Assembly: GCA_964585295.1 (NCBI GenBank)
Contig: CAZPCY010000003.1
Location: forward strand, 66,990-130,989
Direction of reading: 5' to 3'
Source: an uncultured Candidatus Poseidoniales archaeon
Lineage (GTDB): Archaea > Thermoplasmatota > Poseidoniia > Poseidoniales > Thalassarchaeaceae
DNA length: 64,000 bases
The position numbers were made by a program, and so were the translations under genes. A model generated the notes under the pieces. The model saw nothing but the letters and a program-made list of their open reading frames with translations. It was not told the DNA's origin and did not search any database. Within the stretch, counting starts at the first letter, position 1. Every line of letters starts with the position of its first letter. This document shows, piece after piece, positions 46,040 through 54,850 of this stretch.

Positions 46040-46792
46040 TTGATCACTTGGATGAATTCGCCTGAAAACATCAGTCTTCACGCCTCAGAAGCACTTCAGA
46101 AGGTGGAAAATCCGATATTACCCCACCCTTCACCAGATGCTATGAGATCTGCCACAGAAGTCTTCTCGGAGTGGGCCGATCTCGGCAAGGATTCCGGAAT
46201 GGAGAGTGGTCATTCCCCCGCTGTGAGGGAGATTCTAGAGGCGGCGATCGATGAGATGGGAGAAGAAGTGTTTCGGGCCATCGATGCGGGCTGCGGCAAC
46301 GGCTGGGTCGTTCGGATTCTCGCCTCGATGGAGAAATGCGAATCGGCGATTGGCATCGATGGTGCTGAATCGATGATAGGCAAGGCGAATATGATTGACT
46401 CGGAAGGCACCTACATACATGCCGACCTGCAATCATGGATTCCCTCAGAACCTGTGAATCTGGTTCATTCGATGGAAGTCTTGTACTACCTAGAGGACAT
46501 CCCTGCCTTCCTACGTTCCGTTGCGGATTACTGGTTGTGCGAGGATGGGATATTCGCTTTCGGAGTGGATCACTATGAAGAGAACGAAGATTGTCATGAA
46601 TGGTCGGAGAAGGTCGGGGTCAGCATGGCCATGTTCGGTGAGGGCGAATGGCGAGGTATGGTCGAAGAGGCGGGTTTTGAGATTCTGCGGATGTTCAGGG
46701 CGGCCTCTTGTGATGGTTGGGCTGGCACCTTGGCGATCGTTGCCAGCAAAGGTTCACGCGGTGGCCGATCAGAAGTTCAACCGAGAGGATGA
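46040..46792 (+). CDS. class I SAM-dependent methyltransferase
   Basis: Motif I 'AIDAGCGNGWVV' and acidic motif II 'AIGIDGAE'. The start may be internal (M at 'MRSATEVF'). Confidence 0.55.
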   Translation: MITWMNSPENISLHASEALQKVENPILPHPSPDAMRSATEVFSEWADLGKDSGMESGHSPAVREILEAAIDEMGEEVFRAIDAGCGNGWVVRILASMEKCESAIGIDGAESMIGKANMIDSEGTYIHADLQSWIPSEPVNLVHSMEVLYYLEDIPAFLRSVADYWLCEDGIFAFGVDHYEENEDCHEWSEKVGVSMAMFGEGEWRGMVEEAGFEILRMFRAASCDGWAGTLAIVASKGSRGGRSEVQPRG

Positions 46793-46884
46793 ACGGTTGC
46801 TGCGGAACAATTGTGAAAGTGGCTCGTCGATGCTCTTGGCAGGGGGAACGCTCAATTGGGGGAGCAAGACGATGGAGGTATGGG

Positions 46885-47883
46885 ATGGGCACCCCAGCGG
46901 CAGCCGAAGAGACGCCTTGGTGGGCGGAACGCATCGCGACGGCAGTCCTGAATCTGATTTCCGTCCTACTAGTGGTCTATGTCCTCGAAGAGGACCTTCT
47001 CAATTCATCGAGAATACTGTGGTGGATGATCTGTGTCATCGACCTGTTAATTGTCGGTACGTTCGTCGCTGAGCACGCTTGGTCGCACGCCAATTCCTCC
47101 GAGAAGAGGAAGTGGTGGCTGCGACACGGCTGGGAGTTCTCCGGCGCCCTCCCACTGGTCCTCTCCGTTCTAATCCCGGGCTTGCTGTTACTGCGGTTTA
47201 TCCGCCTCGGAAGGGTGCTCGGCGTCATCTCTGAACTGATGGGCCTTGGAGCAGGAGAGGAGAGACCCGTTTTCAAGCACCTGCAGCATCTGATGTTCGT
47301 CGTCGCATCGTTCGTCGTGACCAGCGGATTTCTAGTCTACATCTTCGAACGAGATTACTACGCCACCTGTTCGGCAGACCCATCCTGCTCTACGGATGGG
47401 CTGATACACACGCTGCCAGACGCGATGTGGTGGGCCATCGTCTCCACGACCACCACAGGCTACGGTGACTACGCTCCAGCCACCCTGATGGGCAGAACCA
47501 TCGCTCTGTTGCTTCTGATCATCGGCGTCGGCATGGTCGGGACCTTCTGTGCCACTATCTCGCAGATAATCCTCCGCTCGATGATGCGAGATTTCCCACG
47601 TCTGTCTGCGCCGACGTCCCAGAGTCTCAGCGGACAGTTGCACGAATTGTCGGCGCTACACGCGCGCGGCGCTCTCAGCGATCGCGAGTTCGCCGACGCG
47701 AAGGCACTCTGCCTCACCGATCTTGCCAGCGCGATGCAACGAGATGATGCGCCGCTGTCAGTGCCTCTTAGCATAGGCCCGCAGATGCGCGAGGCTACCG
47801 GCGAGGCTGCGCGAGGTCGGCGTGAGGAGGCTCGCGAAGCATTCCTGAAGGCTGGCGACCCGTCGCCGGGCGAGGCAGCATGA
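46885..47883 (+). CDS. voltage-gated-type potassium channel (6TM, TTTGYGD filter) with C-terminal SHOCT-like domain
   Basis: S4-like 'LLLLRFIRLGRVLGVI', pore 'WWAIVSTTTTGYGDYAP', and a C-terminal 'LSGQLHELSALHARGALSDREFADAKA' (SHOCT-like). The ORF-track start at 46717 overlaps the upstream gene; the ATG at 46885 (MGTPAAAEE) is adopted. Confidence 0.7.
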   Translation: MGTPAAAEETPWWAERIATAVLNLISVLLVVYVLEEDLLNSSRILWWMICVIDLLIVGTFVAEHAWSHANSSEKRKWWLRHGWEFSGALPLVLSVLIPGLLLLRFIRLGRVLGVISELMGLGAGEERPVFKHLQHLMFVVASFVVTSGFLVYIFERDYYATCSADPSCSTDGLIHTLPDAMWWAIVSTTTTGYGDYAPATLMGRTIALLLLIIGVGMVGTFCATISQIILRSMMRDFPRLSAPTSQSLSGQLHELSALHARGALSDREFADAKALCLTDLASAMQRDDAPLSVPLSIGPQMREATGEAARGRREEAREAFLKAGDPSPGEAA

Positions 47884-48413
47884 GCGACACTTGCCGTTTC
47901 GGCATCCTGACGGCATCTGATCGAGCCTCCTCCGGCGTCTACGAAGACCTCAGCGGACCCGCTATTGTTGGATTCCTTGAGGAAGCGTTGACGACGCCGT
48001 TTGAGATCGAACGCGTACTCGTCCCAGACGATCGCGGCGCGATCGAAGCCGCTCTAATCAGCCTCGCCGATGACGGCGGTTGCAGCGTTATAGTCACCAC
48101 TGGCGGCACTGGCCCAGCACCGAGAGATGTGACCCCCGAGGCAACCGAAGCGGTTTGCGAACACCTGCTGCCGGGCTTCGGCGAGAGGATGCGGCAGATA
48201 TCCCTACAACATGTCCCGACCGCGGTTCTGTCGCGACAGACCGCAGGCATCCGAGGGGCTTGCCTCATCCTCAATCTGCCAGGTGCGCCTCGATCGATCC
48301 GAGAGATCCTCGATGAGATCTTCGCCGCCGTACCGAAATGCGTCGACCTCATCGGCGGCCCTCGTATCGAGACCAATCCAGAGGTATGCGCCGCCTTCCG
48401 GCCAGGTGAGTGA
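47880..48413 (+). CDS. moaB: molybdenum cofactor biosynthesis protein MoaB/MogA family
   Basis: 'GILTASDRAS.G...D.SGP', 'CSVIVTTGGTGPAPRDVTPEAT' and 'PGAP'. The ATG overlaps the channel gene's stop (ATGA). Confidence 0.75.
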   Translation: MSDTCRFGILTASDRASSGVYEDLSGPAIVGFLEEALTTPFEIERVLVPDDRGAIEAALISLADDGGCSVIVTTGGTGPAPRDVTPEATEAVCEHLLPGFGERMRQISLQHVPTAVLSRQTAGIRGACLILNLPGAPRSIREILDEIFAAVPKCVDLIGGPRIETNPEVCAAFRPGE

Positions 48414-48689
48414 GGGGCCACGCGGACCGCTCTGGCTCGGATTACTGTGGGGAGCCGCACTCGGGACAGAAGTTCGAGCCGAGCGGAATCTCTTCTTCGC
48501 AGGATGTGCAGTTCATTCAGACACCGGACTTGACCCTAGAGAACTCGTGGAAAAGGGTTCTGCCGAATGTGGTGGCGAGGCGGCCATGATCAAGGCCATA
48601 GCATCTGCTCGATTGGGAGCCAGCCGGCGCAGCCAGACGGAGTGCATCACCGGGAGCACGTTCATCATCGGGAGGCGGTACGGCGGGGC

Positions 48690-49490
48690 ATGGCGAAGAT
48701 GAAGCAAGGCTTCGAGACCGACCGCGAGAAGGACAGGATGCGCAATGTGAGCATCGAATTGGACTTCACCCCCAACGCCCTTGCAAGCGTGCTCTATCAG
48801 CAGGGAGACACAGTCGTGCTCGCCTGCGCGACCAAGGCTGCGAGTCTGCCTCGCTGGTTCCCACGCGACGCTGATCGCGGATGGGTGCACTCCGAGTACT
48901 GTCTGCTCCCGGGTTCGACGAACAGTCGCTTCCGTCGCGAGCGCAACGGTGCCAAGGGTCGGACCCAAGAGATCGAGAGGCTGGTTGCCAGATCGCTGCG
49001 AGCTTCGATTGACCTTGAGCAACTCGGACCTCTCTCCCTGACCGTCGACTGCGATGTGCTGAACGCCGATGGCGGTACGCGCTGCGCTTCGATAACCGCC
49101 GCCTGCATCGCCCTGAGGCTCGCGGTTCGACGGCTGATTGAGTCGGGAGAGTGTCAACCCGCCGAACGCCGGATGAAGGATGGTAGCCGGATGCCAGCGC
49201 TCACTGGAGATGCCGCTGTTGCTCACGAAGACGCGGTGATGCCGAACGATGTAGCGGCGATCAGCGTCGGGCAGATCGGAGACGACCAATGGCTGGATCT
49301 CGACTACGACCTCGACAGCAATGCCGATGTCGACATGAATGTCGTGATGACCAGTGATGGACGCTTGGTCGAGGTACAGGGGACCGGCGAGGAGGCGACC
49401 TTCTCCAGATCCGACATGGAAGCGATGATCGATCTAGCTGAGATAGGGTGCAAGCAGTTGTTCGCAATCCAGTCATCGACGCTCTCCTGA
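48690..49490 (+). CDS. rph: ribonuclease PH (bacterial type)
   Basis: 'WVHSEYCLLPGSTNSRFRRE', 'GRTQEIERLVARSLRA', 'LTVDCDVLNADGGTRCASITAACIAL' and 'DMNVVMTSDGRLVEVQGTGEEATFS' are near-identical to the conserved blocks of bacterial Rph rather than archaeal Rrp41. It carries a ~35-aa insertion ('ESGECQPAERRMKDGSRMPALTGDAAVAHEDAVMP'). Start re-set to the ATG at 48690. Confidence 0.85.
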   Translation: MAKMKQGFETDREKDRMRNVSIELDFTPNALASVLYQQGDTVVLACATKAASLPRWFPRDADRGWVHSEYCLLPGSTNSRFRRERNGAKGRTQEIERLVARSLRASIDLEQLGPLSLTVDCDVLNADGGTRCASITAACIALRLAVRRLIESGECQPAERRMKDGSRMPALTGDAAVAHEDAVMPNDVAAISVGQIGDDQWLDLDYDLDSNADVDMNVVMTSDGRLVEVQGTGEEATFSRSDMEAMIDLAEIGCKQLFAIQSSTLS

Positions 49491-49596
49491 GCGCCCATCC
49501 ACTCCTCCGTCATTGGACCTTGGCCATCCACCAACTCCTCTGAGCAGACCTAGCGAAAGGGTTGAAGCGACGGTGCGGCTGGAGCGGTCGCGAACG

Positions 49597-49669
49597 CGGC
49601 ATTAACTCAGTTGGGAGAGTGCCAGACTGAAGATCTGGAAGTCGGTGGTTCAAGCCCGCCATGCCGCAT
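49597..49669 (+). tRNA. tRNA-Phe (anticodon GAA), CCA not encoded
   Basis: Manual cloverleaf. Acceptor GCGGCAT/ATGCCGC (7 bp). D-arm ACTC-AGTTGGGA-GAGT. Anticodon arm CCAGA-CTGAAGA-TCTGG (GAA at 49630-49632). Variable loop AAGTC. T-arm GGTGG-TTCAAGC-CCGCC. Discriminator A at 49669. 73 nt. Confidence 0.75.
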
Positions 49670-49760
49670 CCCCACCCCCTTTCGGCGTGGGTGGAACGGC
49701 AGGTTGATTCCAAGATGGCGGAATCGTTTCGATTGCTGAAGAGAAGGGGAATTGGGCCAA

Positions 49761-50912
49761 TCAGAAGACGTCGTCCTCGTCCTCTTCCTCCGAGAAATCG
49801 AACTTCTTGTCCTTCTTCGGTTTCTTCGCTGCTGCTTTCTTCGGCTTCTTCGCTGCTGCCTTCTGCTGCCCGACGTCCGCGTCCTTCTTTTCGGCAGAGG
49901 CCTTCTCGGCCGCCTCACGCTTGCGACGTTCCTCCTTCTCGCGTTCCGCCAGTTCCTCGGGATCGAGACCCGCCTCGATCGCGAGTTTCATGCGCCGATC
50001 CTCGAGAGCCTTGCGCTCCAGCAGTTTGTGCTTCGACTTCTCGTACTGCTGGAGCATGTACATCGCATCGTGCTCCAACAAAGGTGAATCGGAGATAATG
50101 GTGATATCGAGCCAGTCGCCATCCTCGGATAAGAACTCAGCCAGCGGCTCAAACTTCAGGTCGGACTTCTTCAGTTGCGTATAGTGTAGGGCATTCCCAA
50201 GACGGTGCTCGATGCCGCTGAAGTGGCAGTAGAATTCCTTGCCCCCGAGCGTCTCGCGCACCTGATCAAACAACTCACCGAAGTCCTCGCTGGTTCGCAA
50301 GGAGCCGTGCCCGCGGGCATGGATGTGGGCCATGTTGAGGACCGGAATGGTCCCCTCGACATGATTGCAGACCTCCAAAACTTCGTCGAGCGTCCCCCAC
50401 AATTCCTGCCGACCACTAGTCTCGATGCCAATCAGCGAGGGCTTCTCCTCTACGACCCATGGAAATGCAGCATAGTCTTCAGCTTCCTCCTCGTTACCCC
50501 AAAGCATCTCGCATCGCTCGACGACGCCAGCGAATACGTTAGCGACGTGCGCGTTGGCCTCGGGACCCGGACTGAATTCTCCGTACGGCCCGACATGATA
50601 GGTGATGTGCCTAGCATTGATCACCTTCGCCGCCTGCATTGATGCCTCCATCTTGGCTAGGGTACGCTGCAGACCGCGACGATCGCCGAGAATCTCGGCG
50701 TAGTACGGGCCATGCAGGTTCATCTCAAACTCCGCCTTGTGCGACAGGATACCTGCCTGCCAATACTCGTTGTAATGATGCGGCTGCACCGTGCGCACCG
50801 TCTGAATCTCCATCGTCTCCAGTCCGAGCGAGGTGATGTCGTCCATTCCTTCGACTATCGTCCTACCTTTGCACGATAGTGGAACACCCGCAGGTCCGAG
50901 TCTCAATGGCAC
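49761..50912 (-). CDS. nfo: endonuclease IV (AP endonuclease family 2, TIM barrel) with lysine-rich C-terminal tail
   Basis: Nfo-like blocks ('GIETMEIQ', 'HITYHVGPYG', 'HIHARGHGSL', 'CHFSGIEHRLGN'). The C-terminal ~55 aa read 'KKDADVGQQKAAAKKPKKAAAKKPKKDKKFDFSEEEDEDDVF'. GTG start. Confidence 0.8.
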   Translation of the reverse strand: MPLRLGPAGVPLSCKGRTIVEGMDDITSLGLETMEIQTVRTVQPHHYNEYWQAGILSHKAEFEMNLHGPYYAEILGDRRGLQRTLAKMEASMQAAKVINARHITYHVGPYGEFSPGPEANAHVANVFAGVVERCEMLWGNEEEAEDYAAFPWVVEEKPSLIGIETSGRQELWGTLDEVLEVCNHVEGTIPVLNMAHIHARGHGSLRTSEDFGELFDQVRETLGGKEFYCHFSGIEHRLGNALHYTQLKKSDLKFEPLAEFLSEDGDWLDITIISDSPLLEHDAMYMLQQYEKSKHKLLERKALEDRRMKLAIEAGLDPEELAEREKEERRKREAAEKASAEKKDADVGQQKAAAKKPKKAAAKKPKKDKKFDFSEEEDEDDVF

Positions 50913-51129
50913 GCCCGGGACCCCCGACCTTCCGCCCGAAAGGATGACCCTTCAAAAGGAGTGTTCTCAAACCGTGTCGGTTCCGGTGGCAACTAATAGT
51001 GTTCCAACCAAACGAATTGGCCGAATCTAGGCCAACCGAGAGCATGGAAGGGTCGCGATTCATGAGCCATCCGGAAACTAGCGGGGAATGTTCCCGAGGC
51101 CGTCCGACACCAATGTGTTCGAGACAGCG

Positions 51130-51137
51130 TTAAAATC
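51130..51137 (+). promoter_or_regulatory. TATA box candidate (TTAAAATC) centred ~26 bp upstream of the GTG start at 51159
   Basis: Only AT-rich octamer in the 246-bp gap. The spacing is classic for a leaderless archaeal transcript. Confidence 0.4.
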
Positions 51138-51158
51138 GCACTCCCCAGCGACAGTAGC

Positions 51159-54100
51159 GTGCCGAAAGGACAGCACGCGACTGCGCTCGTCGCCCTATTG
51201 GTTCTCGCCCCCCTACTTGCTGCAACTGGCAGCACGCTGGCGAGCCCTGTCGACAAGAGCGGCGATGAGAGCTATCCTGGGACGAGCGGCGAACCGATAC
51301 CAACGAGCTACTACCCTATCGACGGACACGGAGTCAACGCAGCCAATCCAGAGTGGAACGCACAGAACTCCGATCTCGGGCGTAAGGTGCCATCGATGGC
51401 GGAGAACGGGTCGGGCCTAGCCTTCCCCGACCTTCCTTCGCCGAGAACAATCTCAAATGCCGTCTGCAGCCAACAGCAAGGACTGGTTCCCGACGAAACG
51501 GGCCTCTCCGACTACAACTGGCTCTGGGGACAGTTCATCACCCACGAAGTCGATTTCACATTGACGCAGAACGGCAGGGTGAGCGGCATCCCGGAGACCG
51601 CGAACATTCCGGTCGAGGCGCATGACCCGCACTTCGGAGCGCCGGCGGGGGGCGCCGCCTTGATCCCATTCTTCCGATCGCTGTACAACTCCTCGACCGG
51701 AGAGGACAGCAGTGATCCGCGGCAGCATCCAAACTCGGTCACCGGGTGGATAGACGGCTCGGTAATCTATGGTTCCAAGGACTCCGTCGCAAGTTGGCTT
51801 CGGACCGGCGAGAGTGGACGACTGAAGGTGAGCGAGGATGCCTACGGTCATCTGCTCCCAATCGCGGCGGATGATGACGACACTGCGCCTGGGATGAGTT
51901 TCGTCGGCTTCAGTGCCGATGTTCGTTACATCGCCGGTGATTCGCGCGCCAACGAGCACGCCTCCTTGATGGCTATCCATGTCCTGTTCGTGCGCGAGCA
52001 CAATAGACTGGCCGAGGAGATTCAAGAGCGCAATCCGGATTGGAACGACGAGCAGGTGTTCCAGCGTACTAGGAAGATCGTCACGGCGCTGATTCAGGTG
52101 GTTAACTACGAGGAGTTCCTTCCCTCTCTCGGCATCACCCTTCCGAACTACACCGGTTACGACGAAGCCATAGATCCGACGGTGACGAACTCGTTCGCCA
52201 CGGTAGCCTTCCGGATGGGACACAGCCAGATCGGCCCGATGGTCATGCGGTTGGAGGAGAACAGGACTCCGATCCCACAGGGCCATGTCCTGATGAAGGA
52301 CGCCTTCTGGAAGACCTCGGTCGTCACCGAGGGGGGTGGAATCGGTCCGCTGCTGCGCGGCTTGGCGTTCACCACCCAGGAAGCGAACGACATCTACTTC
52401 CACGACGATCTGCGAAACACCCTGTTTGGGATGCCGGGGGCTGGCGGTGCGGACCTATGCGCAATCGACATTCAGCGAGGACGCGACCACGGAGTCGCCG
52501 ACTACAACAGCCTGAGGGAGGTGATTGGCCTGCCAAAGGTCGGCAACTGGAGCGATGTGACCAGCGATGCCGAAGTAGAGTCCCGCCTCTCCTCTGTCTA
52601 CTCGGACTTGGATCGCGTGGACGGGCTCATGGGTATGCTGGCTGAGGATCATCTGAACGGCTCCGTCCTAGGACCGACCATGCACGCTCTGATCAAAGAT
52701 CAGTTCCTCAGACTCCGTGATGGAGACCCACTCTTCTACCTGAACGATCCGGAACTCACAGACATCGCCACGAACCTGACCGGCACCACGCTCGCCGAGA
52801 TCATTCTGCGAAACACTGAGATCGAGGCAATCCAGTGCAATGTCTTCTTCGCCGAGACGAACGGCTCCCGATTCGATTGCAACAACGCGAATCTTGAGAC
52901 GCCCCCATCCTATGCCGTCGATGGATCGACTGATTCGAATCCGGTCGTGGCGGAGTTTGGATTCACGGACGTCACCGCTTCTAGCGGGCTCTATGAGGTT
53001 GACTCTGGCCCGCTTACGGACTGGGCTGCGTATGGACCAAGCATCGCTTGGGGCGATTGCGACGGAGATCGTGATCAGGACGTCTTCATCGGCGCTCGCT
53101 TCGACCATCTGGGATGGGAGAGCGGAGAGACGACCACCGGCCTCAACCACCTGATGATCAATGACGGTGATTCCACCTTCAGCGACGGCACCACTGCCAG
53201 CGGCATCGCGGCGGATAACTCGACGACTCTGGGGGCTACCTGGGCCGACTACGACGATGACGGCGACCTTGACCTCTATCTGTCGAACTACGGAGTCGCT
53301 GACTTCGGTGACGATTACGCGACGAGCGGCGCTGCGAACCAACTCTACGAGAATGCCGGAGATTGCACTTTCACCGATGTGACAGAGTCGACCGGGGTTG
53401 GAAACCACGGCCATTCATCGGGCTCCGTCTGGGTAGACTTCGACCACGATGGCGACCTCGACCTCTACTCGTTGAACATCGGCATGATCGATGAGAACAA
53501 CACCGTGATTCGCTCCGCGACCAACATCCTCTATCGCAACCAACTGACTGAATCAGGGAGCCCGACCTTCATCGACTGGACGGATGAGGCTGGTGGACTC
53601 TACGGTCAACCGGAGCGAGCGAACAGCGACAACGACATCAAATATGGAGAACTGGAATCGATTGCACCGACCGCACCCCCCTCCCCTTCCGCGACTGCGG
53701 TCGTGAAGGAGTACCTAGGTCAGGAGGGGAAGGGAACCGGGGTCTCGTGGGCGGCTATTTGGTTCGACTACGACGGAGATGGTTGGGAGGACCTCTATGT
53801 CGCAAGCGACTTTGGCATCTCCCCCCTCTACAGGAATGATCGCGATGGCACCTTCACGTTGGTGACGTTTGAGGCTGACATGAAGGAGCCGGGGACGGGA
53901 ATGGGGGTGCATGCGGCAGATGTCGACGGGGATGGAGATCTCGATTTATGCCAATCCAACTTCGGTCCGAACTTCCTTTGGCGCAATGACGGAGATGGTA
54001 CATTCACTCAGGATGGAGTAAACTCCGGAATCCACGAGAATGTGCTAGTGAACTGGGACTGTCACTTCTACGACATCGACCTCGATCGCGATGCCGATCT

Positions 54101-54728
54101 ATGGTTCGGAGTCGGCAGAATCAATCCCTTCACGAGTTTCAACAATAATTCCCTCTACCTCAACGATGGGAATGGCCAATTCACCGACGTCATAGAGCAG
54201 GTTGGACTCGCGGGACAGCATAAGACGATGGGGGCCGCTTGGGCGGACTTCGATGGGGATGGAGATCTCGACCTTCTGATGGGCAATTCCAATGGCCCCC
54301 TGAATCTGTTCCGCAATGACGCGGTCGAGAGCGGCTCCGGCGACTGGCTGAAGGTCGATCTTGAAGGACTCGGAATCGCCGGCGGCGGCTCGAATAGGAA
54401 TGGTGTCGGTGCGATGGTGACCGTCCGGATGGCGGATGGTGACACGATGAAACAGATGGCATACGCCGGCTCCGGCTTCCTCGGCACATCCGAACCTCAC
54501 GTCCACTTCGGATTGGGCAACGACTCTCGAATCGATTACGTCGCCGTCCTATGGTCGACCGGTCATCTGCAGATAATCGAGGATGTGAGCGCCAACACGG
54601 TGCTGACCGTGAACGAGGAGTTGCCCCCCCAACGAAACAATGCTGTGACGGGGTTCCTTCTCGGCATCCTGCTGCTGTCACTGGTGGCTCTCCTCTGGCC
54701 TGCCATCAAGGCGGCTAGAGCCTCCTAA
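51159..54728 (+). CDS. secreted, C-terminally membrane-anchored animal-heme-peroxidase (peroxidase-cyclooxygenase superfamily) domain fused to FG-GAP/VCBS-type Ca-binding beta-propeller repeats
   Basis: Signal peptide 'ATALVALLVLAPLLAATGS'. Distal-side 'WLWGQFITHEVDF', 'IAGDSRANEHASL', proximal His in 'MAIHVLFVREHNRLAEEI', and 'CAIDIQRGRDHGVADYNSLRE', which is near-identical to the peroxidasin/LPO motif. Residues ~600-1150 carry more than 7 repeats such as 'WADYDDDGDLDLYLSNYG', 'WVDFDHDGDLDLYSLN', 'WFDYDGDGWEDLYVASDFG', 'ADVDGDGDLDLCQSNFG' and 'WADFDGDGDLDLLMGNSNG'. The C-terminal TM is 'VTGFLLGILLLSLVALLWPAI'. Confidence 0.8.
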   Translation: MPKGQHATALVALLVLAPLLAATGSTLASPVDKSGDESYPGTSGEPIPTSYYPIDGHGVNAANPEWNAQNSDLGRKVPSMAENGSGLAFPDLPSPRTISNAVCSQQQGLVPDETGLSDYNWLWGQFITHEVDFTLTQNGRVSGIPETANIPVEAHDPHFGAPAGGAALIPFFRSLYNSSTGEDSSDPRQHPNSVTGWIDGSVIYGSKDSVASWLRTGESGRLKVSEDAYGHLLPIAADDDDTAPGMSFVGFSADVRYIAGDSRANEHASLMAIHVLFVREHNRLAEEIQERNPDWNDEQVFQRTRKIVTALIQVVNYEEFLPSLGITLPNYTGYDEAIDPTVTNSFATVAFRMGHSQIGPMVMRLEENRTPIPQGHVLMKDAFWKTSVVTEGGGIGPLLRGLAFTTQEANDIYFHDDLRNTLFGMPGAGGADLCAIDIQRGRDHGVADYNSLREVIGLPKVGNWSDVTSDAEVESRLSSVYSDLDRVDGLMGMLAEDHLNGSVLGPTMHALIKDQFLRLRDGDPLFYLNDPELTDIATNLTGTTLAEIILRNTEIEAIQCNVFFAETNGSRFDCNNANLETPPSYAVDGSTDSNPVVAEFGFTDVTASSGLYEVDSGPLTDWAAYGPSIAWGDCDGDRDQDVFIGARFDHLGWESGETTTGLNHLMINDGDSTFSDGTTASGIAADNSTTLGATWADYDDDGDLDLYLSNYGVADFGDDYATSGAANQLYENAGDCTFTDVTESTGVGNHGHSSGSVWVDFDHDGDLDLYSLNIGMIDENNTVIRSATNILYRNQLTESGSPTFIDWTDEAGGLYGQPERANSDNDIKYGELESIAPTAPPSPSATAVVKEYLGQEGKGTGVSWAAIWFDYDGDGWEDLYVASDFGISPLYRNDRDGTFTLVTFEADMKEPGTGMGVHAADVDGDGDLDLCQSNFGPNFLWRNDGDGTFTQDGVNSGIHENVLVNWDCHFYDIDLDRDADLWFGVGRINPFTSFNNNSLYLNDGNGQFTDVIEQVGLAGQHKTMGAAWADFDGDGDLDLLMGNSNGPLNLFRNDAVESGSGDWLKVDLEGLGIAGGGSNRNGVGAMVTVRMADGDTMKQMAYAGSGFLGTSEPHVHFGLGNDSRIDYVAVLWSTGHLQIIEDVSANTVLTVNEELPPQRNNAVTGFLLGILLLSLVALLWPAIKAARAS

Positions 54729-54850
54729 TACTCGACCAAATTCAACGATTCCCTCGACGCTCGCTACTAGATGGTAGAGACAGTAGGCGAGGTTGGCCAT
54801 GAGCGGCTGGCGTTGCGGGGGGTTGAAAGCGGCGGCGCACGGGGCGAAAG

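Noticed and set aside
46717-46884. ORF-track 5' extension of the K+ channel overlapping the methyltransferase gene
   Set aside because: The extension (MGWHLGDRCQQRF...) is non-hydrophobic and unrelated to channels. The S1 helix starts just after the ATG at 46885.
49597-49760. Integrated mobile element at tRNA-Phe
   Set aside because: No integrase, recombinase or transposase ORF was found. No direct repeat of the tRNA 3' end was spotted within the window. Only the position-based suspicion remains, noted under the peroxidase finding.
50913-51158. SRP RNA or RNase P RNA in the nfo/peroxidase gap
   Set aside because: Looked for the conserved SRP helix-8 GGAAGG/CCGGAAG-type loops and RNase P P4 motifs. 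Only chance fragments (GGAAGGG, CCGGAAAC) were present, without the surrounding helices.
54729-54850. FMN riboswitch upstream of ribB
   Set aside because: No match to the RFN element core (no GGGCAGGGUGAAAUUCCC-like segment). The gap is too short, and FMN riboswitches are essentially bacterial.
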